A stretch of DNA of 64,000 nucleotides from Rhodospirillaceae bacterium (GTDB taxonomy: Bacteria; Pseudomonadota; Alphaproteobacteria; GCA-2731375), in assembly GCA_018701215.1 (NCBI GenBank), contig JABIWH010000060.1, positions 41,715 to 105,714 on the forward strand, given 5' to 3'. Made by a program: the position numbers and the translations under genes. Below are positions 57,591 to 64,000 of the stretch, piece after piece. The notes below the pieces were generated by a model that made no database searches, was not told the DNA's origin, and was given only the letters and a program-made list of their open reading frames with translations. Position 1 is the first letter of the stretch. Each line of letters starts with the position of its first letter.

Positions 57591-59350
57591 GACAGCCATT
57601 CCTCCAGCTTGGCGGTAATCTCGTCCGCCCGAAACGGTTGCGGGCCGGGCCGGGCGTATAGGTCGGCCATGGCCGGCAGATCGAACTGTGCCTTCAGGTG
57701 GCCAAAGAACTGCGCCATCTGGCTTTGTTCGATAACCAGAATCTGTTCGCTGCCCTGCAATGCGGCGGCCAGCGCCTTTGGCTGGGCCGGACTGATCAGA
57801 CGCAGGGAGATCAAACGCAGGCGTTTGCCATCGGGGTCCAGTCGCCGCATGGCCTCGCGCACCGGGCCGGTGGTGGAGCCCCAGGTGATAATGGCGGCGG
57901 GACCGTCGCCTTCGATCTGAGCCCAATGATCGCCGTAGTCATAGTCCACGACCTTGCGCAGGCGTTTGTCCAGTTGTTGGTTATGGTCCGCCACGCCCGA
58001 GGACGGTCTGCCGCTTTCGGCATGTTCCAGACCATCGGCGGTATACTGCCCGCCCGGCGTGCCCGGCAGGGCCATGGGCGAGACGCCCGAGGCGGTCAGG
58101 GCATAGCGTTGGTAATCTTCGCCCGGCGCCTCGGCCACCTCTCGGCGGGCGGCGAAGGCCTGCTCGGCCGGTTTCTCGACGATGCCCAGAGCCTGCCCAA
58201 AAGATTGATCAGACAGCATAATGGCGGGTACTTGCATGGCTTCGGCCAGATGCGTGGACCATTGCGCCGTGAACAGGCAATCGGAAATGGAGTTCGGCGC
58301 GGTCACCACATGAGGCGCATCGCCATGCAGGCCATAGACCGCGATGTTCAGATCGGATTGTTCCGACTTGGTTGGAATGCCGGTGGACGGCCCGCCGCGC
58401 ATTACGTCGATCACCAGCATTGGGATTTCCGCCGCCACCGCTAAACCGATCGACTCGCTCATCAAGGCCAGGCCGGGGCCGGAGGTCGCGGTCAGCACGG
58501 CGGAGCCGCCGAAGGACCCTCCGATGATCATATTGATCGAGGCCAGTTCATCCTCCGCCTGGACCAGCAGACCGCCGGCCTTTTGCAAACGGGGCGCCAG
58601 CCATTCCAGAATTTCGGTGGCCGGCGTGATGGGATAGGCGGCGGCGAAGCGCACACCGCCGCGCATGGCACCATAACCCGCCGCCTGATTGCCGGAAATA
58701 ATCCAGCGCGCGGCCTCTGTTGGGGCGGCGGCCAGTTTCGACAGGCTGAAATTGGCGGCCTCCTCATAGCCAAGATCCAATGCCGTTAGGCCCTGGGCCA
58801 TGGCCGCCTCGCCCTTTTTCTCCAGCCGCTCGCCGATCAGGGCGGCGACCGCCTCCCGTGGCAGCCCGATAGCGCCGGCGACCGTGCCCAAAGCCACCAT
58901 GTTGGGCCGGGTACCTTTGTGGGACCGCGTCAGGGTCTTTAAGTTGATCTCTTCCAGCCGGGGATCAGGCTCTGTCACGATCTGGGGCAACTCCGCCCCG
59001 GCCTCGCCTGATATCACCAGGGTATTGGCGCCAAGCAGCAGTTCACCGGCGAAGCGTTCGGCATTCTTCCAATCAATGGCGAGCAGCAGATCGACACGGT
59101 CGCCCTGGATCTCGACCGGTTTCGTCGACAAGGTGACAAAGGCCGCTGCCTCGCCGCCGCGGATCTGCGGGCCAAAGGACTTGGTCATCAGGCCGTAATA
59201 GCCCGCCCGCGCCGCCGCCCGCAGCAGGATTTCCGCTGCCGTCATGACGCCGGAGCCGCCGCTGCCAAGCATGACAATGCTCAGCGACTGCCTTGGCATT
59301 GCCGTCACATTGGTGACCGGCCGGTCCAAAGTGGTTTCTATCTGGTTCAT
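57587..59350 (-). CDS. korA: 2-oxoacid:ferredoxin oxidoreductase alpha subunit (gamma-alpha fusion)
   Basis: G.GG.G, IRGGE, YPITPATE, QAEDE, TSGPG, RGGPSTG.PT motifs. Confidence 0.9.
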   Translation of the reverse strand: MNQIETTLDRPVTNVTAMPRQSLSIVMLGSGGSGVMTAAEILLRAAARAGYYGLMTKSFGPQIRGGEAAAFVTLSTKPVEIQGDRVDLLLAIDWKNAERFAGELLLGANTLVISGEAGAELPQIVTEPDPRLEEINLKTLTRSHKGTRPNMVALGTVAGAIGLPREAVAALIGERLEKKGEAAMAQGLTALDLGYEEAANFSLSKLAAAPTEAARWIISGNQAAGYGAMRGGVRFAAAYPITPATEILEWLAPRLQKAGGLLVQAEDELASINMIIGGSFGGSAVLTATSGPGLALMSESIGLAVAAEIPMLVIDVMRGGPSTGIPTKSEQSDLNIAVYGLHGDAPHVVTAPNSISDCLFTAQWSTHLAEAMQVPAIMLSDQSFGQALGIVEKPAEQAFAARREVAEAPGEDYQRYALTASGVSPMALPGTPGGQYTADGLEHAESGRPSSGVADHNQQLDKRLRKVVDYDYGDHWAQIEGDGPAAIITWGSTTGPVREAMRRLDPDGKRLRLISLRLISPAQPKALAAALQGSEQILVIEQSQMAQFFGHLKAQFDLPAMADLYARPGPQPFRADEITAKLEEWLS

Positions 59351-59388
59351 CGAAGCTCCTCCACACGTTCCACCCTGTCGATTTAGGC

Positions 59389-59428
59389 TTGACGGTTAAA
59401 ACCGTATTGTGGTACTTAAATACCATAT
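59389..59428. promoter_or_regulatory. Divergent kor/bcr promoter with two palindromes
   Basis: TTGACG -35-like hexamer overlapping ACGGTT-AA-AACCGT, followed by TGGTA-CTTAAA-TACCA. Confidence 0.5.
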
Positions 59429-59570
59429 TAGCTGATCCAAACAGATTTAGTCAATTCTTTTTTGGGTCATATTTGGGGCTTGGGGGCCCTTAACAGCTGG
59501 TTTTTCGGGGGAAAGACAAAGTCAGGGGAAGACGACGAGGTCATGTTTTTTAATTGGGAGAGCATCCAAG

Positions 59571-60734
59571 ATGACCGTGCAAGAAATTGTCGACCGCTGC
59601 CAGGCTCTATTCGACGACCTGGATTTCAACGCCGTTAAGGATTGGAAAGCCGCCAATCCCGGTGCCAAGGCCATCGGTTATCTGCCGATCTATGTGCCGC
59701 GCGAGATCATCCATGCCGCCGGCATGTTGCCCGTGGGCATATTCGGCGGCGGTGATCAGCTGGAAGTGATCCACGGCGACGCCTATTATCAAAGCTATAT
59801 CTGCCGTATTCCCCGCTCCACCATTGAACTGGGCCTGACCGGGCGCCTCGATAGCCTGGACGGCATGCTGTTTCCATCGATCTGCGATGTGATCCGCAAT
59901 TTGTCCGGCATGTGGCAGCTGTTGTTCAAGGACAAGTACGTCAAATACTTTGACGTGCCACAGACCTACAAGGATGACATCGGCGGCGCGTTCTACATCC
60001 ACGAGATGCAGACCCTGCGCGAGGATCTGGGCAAGCTGGCCGGGCGTGAGATCACCGACGAGGATCTGCAGAACTCCATCGCCGTCTATAACGAAAACCG
60101 CCGGGTCATCAACGAAGTCTACCAGCTGCGCGCCAAGCAGCCCTGGCAGGTGCCGACCTCGGAGATCTATCTGCTGCTGCGCGCCGGCATGGTTCTGCCG
60201 GTGGAGGAACATACCCAATTGCTGCGCGACTATCTCGCCGCGGCGGGCGCCGAGGAACGGCCCCGGCGTGACAACTGCCGCGTGGTGGTCAACGGCGTGT
60301 TCTGCGAGCAACCACCGCTTGGTCTGATCAAATCCCTGGAGATGGCCGGTTGTTACGTGGTGGACGACGATTTCCTGCTGATCACCCGTTGGCTGATCGA
60401 CGATGTGCCGACCACGGGCGATCCCATGGACAACCTGTCGAAAGCCTTTCTGCATCATTCCGCCGCGACCTCGGCCAAGTTCGAACCGGACAAGGCGGAC
60501 AAGGGCAAGTTCCTGATCAATCAGGTGCGCAACAGCGGCGCCGAAGGCGTGATCTTCGCCGCCCCCAGTTTCTGCGACCCGGCGTTGCTCGACCGGCCCA
60601 TGCTGCAAGAGGCCCTGAACCGGGACGATATTCCCTACACCGCCTTCAAGTACGCCGAAAACACCGGACAAATGCAGGCGATCCGCGAACAAGCGGGCAC
60701 CTTCGCCGATTCAATCAAACTATGGAGCGCATGA
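59571..60734 (+). CDS. bcrC: Benzoyl-CoA reductase subunit C (BadD)
   Basis: YVPREIIHAAG, GDAYYQSYIC, FPSICDVIRNLSG, SFCDP; 2-hydroxyacyl-CoA dehydratase-like fold. Confidence 0.92.
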   Translation: MTVQEIVDRCQALFDDLDFNAVKDWKAANPGAKAIGYLPIYVPREIIHAAGMLPVGIFGGGDQLEVIHGDAYYQSYICRIPRSTIELGLTGRLDSLDGMLFPSICDVIRNLSGMWQLLFKDKYVKYFDVPQTYKDDIGGAFYIHEMQTLREDLGKLAGREITDEDLQNSIAVYNENRRVINEVYQLRAKQPWQVPTSEIYLLLRAGMVLPVEEHTQLLRDYLAAAGAEERPRRDNCRVVVNGVFCEQPPLGLIKSLEMAGCYVVDDDFLLITRWLIDDVPTTGDPMDNLSKAFLHHSAATSAKFEPDKADKGKFLINQVRNSGAEGVIFAAPSFCDPALLDRPMLQEALNRDDIPYTAFKYAENTGQMQAIREQAGTFADSIKLWSA

Positions 60735-62035
60735 TGAACACAGCCGCCCCCAAAAAACCCTCCACCGAGGTGGTCAAAGAAGCTTCCATGCTGAAGCAAA
60801 AGGTGATGATCGACGAAAACTTCACCCGGCTGTCCACATCGAATGAAGACGGCCGCAAGGTCGTTTCCACCTTCGTGCCGGGCAATTTGAACGAATTGCT
60901 GATGTGCTTTGATCTGGACCGAAATTTTCCCGAGATTAATGCCCTGCAAAACGGCATGCGCAAGAAATCCGGACGTCTGATCATGGAGGCCGAACGTAAC
61001 GGCCAATCGGAAGATGTCTGCACCTATGTGAAATCCGATCTCGGCATGATCGAACAGGGCAACATCGGGCCCACGGGCGAAAAGCTGCCCGACCCCGACG
61101 TTTTGCTGCTCTCCTACACCGGCTGCTTCACCTTCATGAAATGGTTCGAGCTGGTGCGCGAAAAGTACGACTGCGAAACAATCATGCTGCACGTGCCCTA
61201 TCAGGCCGACGGCTCTATCACCCAGAACATGCGCGACTATGTGGTCAAGCAGCTGAAGGATGACGTGATCCCCACCTTGGAGCGGGTCAGCGGCGTCAAG
61301 TTCGATATCGACCGCCTGCGCGGCTATCTGCGGCAATCACAGCAGGCCGAGGACGACCTGGTCTGGATCCTGCAATCCGCTAAGAACAAGCCGTCGCCTA
61401 TCGATGCCTTCTTTGGCGGCGTCTACTACATCGGGCCGATCTTCACCGCGTTCCGCGGTACCGAGGCGGCGACGGAGTATTACCAAACCCTGCGCGGCGA
61501 GATCGAACAGCGCCTGGCCGACGGTCTGGGCCCGGTCACACCCGAAGGTGATTTTGGCAAGGAAAAATTCCGCCTGGTCGTCGAAGGTACGCCGAACTAC
61601 ACCAACTTCCGGGAATTCTGGAAGATGCTCTATGACGAAGGGGCGGTTGTTGTGGCGTCGAGCTACACCAAGGTCGGCGGCGTCTATGATCTTGGTTTCC
61701 GTCACGATCCAGACAATCCGCTGGAGTCCCTGGCTGACTACTGCCTCGGCTGCTACACCAACCTCAGCCTGCCGGCCCGGATTAAGATGTTGACCAACTA
61801 CATCGAGGATTATCAAGCCGACGGTCTGCTGGTCAATTCCGTGAAAAGCTGCAACAGCTTCTCCGCCGGGCAGTTGTTAATGCTGCGCGAGATTGAAAAG
61901 CGCACCGGCAAGCCGGGCGCGTTTATTGAAACCGATCTGGTCGATCCGCGTTATTTCTCCGCCGCCAACGTGAAGAACCGGTTGGAGAGTTATTTCCAGA
62001 TGCTGGAACAAAAAAACGCCACCCAGGCGGCCTAG
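60731..62035 (+). CDS. bcrB: Benzoyl-CoA reductase subunit B (BadE)
   Basis: TFVPGNL.EL, EDVCTYVK, SYTGCFTF.KW, KSCNSFS, ETDLVDPRYF motifs. Confidence 0.92.
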   Translation: MMNTAAPKKPSTEVVKEASMLKQKVMIDENFTRLSTSNEDGRKVVSTFVPGNLNELLMCFDLDRNFPEINALQNGMRKKSGRLIMEAERNGQSEDVCTYVKSDLGMIEQGNIGPTGEKLPDPDVLLLSYTGCFTFMKWFELVREKYDCETIMLHVPYQADGSITQNMRDYVVKQLKDDVIPTLERVSGVKFDIDRLRGYLRQSQQAEDDLVWILQSAKNKPSPIDAFFGGVYYIGPIFTAFRGTEAATEYYQTLRGEIEQRLADGLGPVTPEGDFGKEKFRLVVEGTPNYTNFREFWKMLYDEGAVVVASSYTKVGGVYDLGFRHDPDNPLESLADYCLGCYTNLSLPARIKMLTNYIEDYQADGLLVNSVKSCNSFSAGQLLMLREIEKRTGKPGAFIETDLVDPRYFSAANVKNRLESYFQMLEQKNATQAA

Positions 62036-62047
62036 GGAGAGCTCACC

Positions 62048-63385
62048 ATGGAAACTTTTATCGGCATTGACCTGGGCTCCACCACCACCAAGGCGGTGGT
62101 CATGGATGACAACCTGCAGGTCCTGGGACGGGGTATCACCAATTCCCGCTCCAACTACGACGTGGCGGCGGAAGTCGCGAAACAGGAAGCGTTGCTGAAC
62201 GCCCGTTTCCATCTATTCCGCCAGAGCCTGGACGGGGTTTCGGCCCTGGACGGACGCCTTGACGATTTTCTCGACCAGTTGGTGCGGGATTTCCGGCTGG
62301 AGCAGTTTCTCGAACAGTTGATTGATCTGGAACGGACCTGCATCGCCAATGCCGATCCGGAACGTTTTGGCGGGGAAACCGATGCCCTGCATGAAGCCTT
62401 GGCCGAGGTTTTTCGCCGCTTGAATAAAGAGGCGCCGGATCAATTCGCACCGGGTGCGCAGCGCAAATCCGATTTTTTTCGGGATATCGCCGGCTCCCGC
62501 TATTTGGCGGTCGGCGAAACGGTGGCAAACGAAAGCAGTCTGTCTTTCGATCATGTCCTCAACGTCTATGACCGCTCCATCATCGATGTGGAAAACCGCA
62601 TCTCCGAGGAAAGCCTGTCGGACAAATTGCTCCGCGCCCTGGACCGTACGTTCGCGGCCTACGATGATCTGTCGGCGGCCTCCGATGCGGTACATGCGCC
62701 CATCAGGGAGGTGCTGGAGACGCCGTTGGAGGAGACATTTGTCATCGGCACCGGCTATGGCCGGGCCCGGCTGCCATTTTCCAAGGACCATATCCGTTCG
62801 GAAATCCTTTGCCATGGCCTGGGCGCACACGTGATGTACCCCGATACCTCGACCGTGCTGGATATCGGTGGTCAGGACACCAAGGCGATCCAGGTTGATC
62901 CCGCCGGCATCGTCGAAAACTTTCAGATGAATGATCGTTGCGCCGCCGGCTGTGGCCGCTATCTGGGCTATATCGCCGACGAGATGAACCTTGGTCTGCA
63001 CGAACTTGGCCCGCTGGCCTTGAAGTCGACCCGCAATGTACGCATCAACTCCACCTGCACCGTTTTCGCCGGCGCCGAACTGCGCGACCGGCTGTCCCTG
63101 GGCGAGGCGCGGGAGGACATCCTGGCCGGTCTGCACCGGGCGATCATCTTGCGCGCCATGTCGATCCTCTCGCGCTCGGGCGGTATTCGCGATCAGTTCA
63201 CCTTCACGGGCGGCGTCGCCAACAACGGCGCGGCGGTGAAGGCGTTGAAGCAATTGATCCAGGAAAACTATGGCGAGTTGACCATCAACATCGACCCGGA
63301 TTCGATCTACACCGGAGCCCTGGGCGCGGCCACCTTCGCGCAGCGGGCCGTGGCCGACGGCGAAGTCGCCCAAGTAGAAAACTAG
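62048..63385 (+). CDS. bcrA: Benzoyl-CoA reductase subunit A (BadF), ASKHA ATPase
   Basis: [42 protein letters not shown] motifs. Confidence 0.93.
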   Translation: METFIGIDLGSTTTKAVVMDDNLQVLGRGITNSRSNYDVAAEVAKQEALLNARFHLFRQSLDGVSALDGRLDDFLDQLVRDFRLEQFLEQLIDLERTCIANADPERFGGETDALHEALAEVFRRLNKEAPDQFAPGAQRKSDFFRDIAGSRYLAVGETVANESSLSFDHVLNVYDRSIIDVENRISEESLSDKLLRALDRTFAAYDDLSAASDAVHAPIREVLETPLEETFVIGTGYGRARLPFSKDHIRSEILCHGLGAHVMYPDTSTVLDIGGQDTKAIQVDPAGIVENFQMNDRCAAGCGRYLGYIADEMNLGLHELGPLALKSTRNVRINSTCTVFAGAELRDRLSLGEAREDILAGLHRAIILRAMSILSRSGGIRDQFTFTGGVANNGAAVKALKQLIQENYGELTINIDPDSIYTGALGAATFAQRAVADGEVAQVEN

Positions 63386-63409
63386 GAACATTAGAGGGGG
63401 AGTGGCAAA

Positions 63410-64000
63410 ATGCATATTTCAGCAGGTATCGATATTGGCACCGGCGCCGTCAAGGCGGTGTTGTTCAAGAGTGAGGGCGGCGAGAAGCCCGAATGGCTGG
63501 GCAAGCGGATGGAGCGTATCCGCCGCCGCGACCCCATGGATCTGGCCCGGCAATGCTATGACGAAATGTTGGCCGAGGCCGGCTTGACGGAAGACGACAT
63601 CGACTATGTCGCGACCACCGGCGAGGGCGAGAATATCGAATTCCGCACCGGGCATTTTTATTCTATGACCACGCATGCGCGCGGCGCCATTTATCTGGAC
63701 CCTGACACCCGTGCGGCCATGGATGTGGGCGCCCTGCATGGCCGGGCCATTCGCGTCGATGATCGCGGCAAGGTTCTGACCTACAAGATGACCTCGCAAT
63801 GCGCTTCGGGCTCGGGACAGTTTCTGGAGAATATCGCCCGCTATCTGGGCGTGGCCCTGGACGAGGTTGGCGAGCTGTCACAGCAGGCCGATGATCCCGA
63901 GGCGGTCAGCTCGATTTGCGCCGTGCTGGCGGAAACCGACGTGATCAACATGGTCAGCCGGGGCATTTCCACGCAGAACATCCTGAAGGGTATTCATACC
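63410..64000 (+). CDS. bcrD: Benzoyl-CoA reductase subunit D (BadG), 3'-truncated by the window
   Basis: Manual translation MHISAGIDIGTGAVK...ATTGEG...MTSQCASGSGQFLE...SSICAVLAETD; open to the window end. Confidence 0.92.
   Translation, partial: MHISAGIDIGTGAVKAVLFKSEGGEKPEWLGKRMERIRRRDPMDLARQCYDEMLAEAGLTEDDIDYVATTGEGENIEFRTGHFYSMTTHARGAIYLDPDTRAAMDVGALHGRAIRVDDRGKVLTYKMTSQCASGSGQFLENIARYLGVALDEVGELSQQADDPEAVSSICAVLAETDVINMVSRGISTQNILKGIHT

Noticed and set aside
59430-59456. FNR/AadR box upstream of bcrC
   Set aside because: Only half-site-like sequences are visible; there is no TTGAT-N4-ATCAA match.
1-64000. CRISPR arrays, tRNA/rRNA, prophage, transposase or integrase genes
   Set aside because: I found no repeat-spacer periodicity or diagnostic motifs; almost all sequence is explained by metabolic CDSs.

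Overview
A GC-rich bacterial chromosomal window, probably alphaproteobacterial (inferred from a PleC/DivJ-type kinase and Bcr/Bad-type genes). It is densely packed with CoA-dependent catabolic genes. In order: a MaoC/acyl-CoA dehydrogenase/2x CoA-transferase operon; an Xre-RES toxin-antitoxin pair; a tcuA-like + prpF-like pair bracketed by 15-bp inverted repeats; an orphan multi-PAS kinase; an oxygenase/phosphoesterase cluster; a sodium:solute symporter with a long structured leader; a variant acyclic-terpene (atu-like) cluster with a divergent ACAD and TetR gene; ilvD-mmsA-zapE; an orphan phd-like antitoxin behind a perfect 17-bp palindrome; acyl-CoA ligases and crotonases. The right end holds an anaerobic aromatic-degradation locus: korAB, a ferritin-like gene, and badL-like and badM-like genes, divergent from class I benzoyl-CoA reductase bcrCBAD (bcrD truncated by the window). 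I recognised no rRNA, tRNA, CRISPR array, transposase or integrase. All product calls come from motif recognition by eye; no database search was run.
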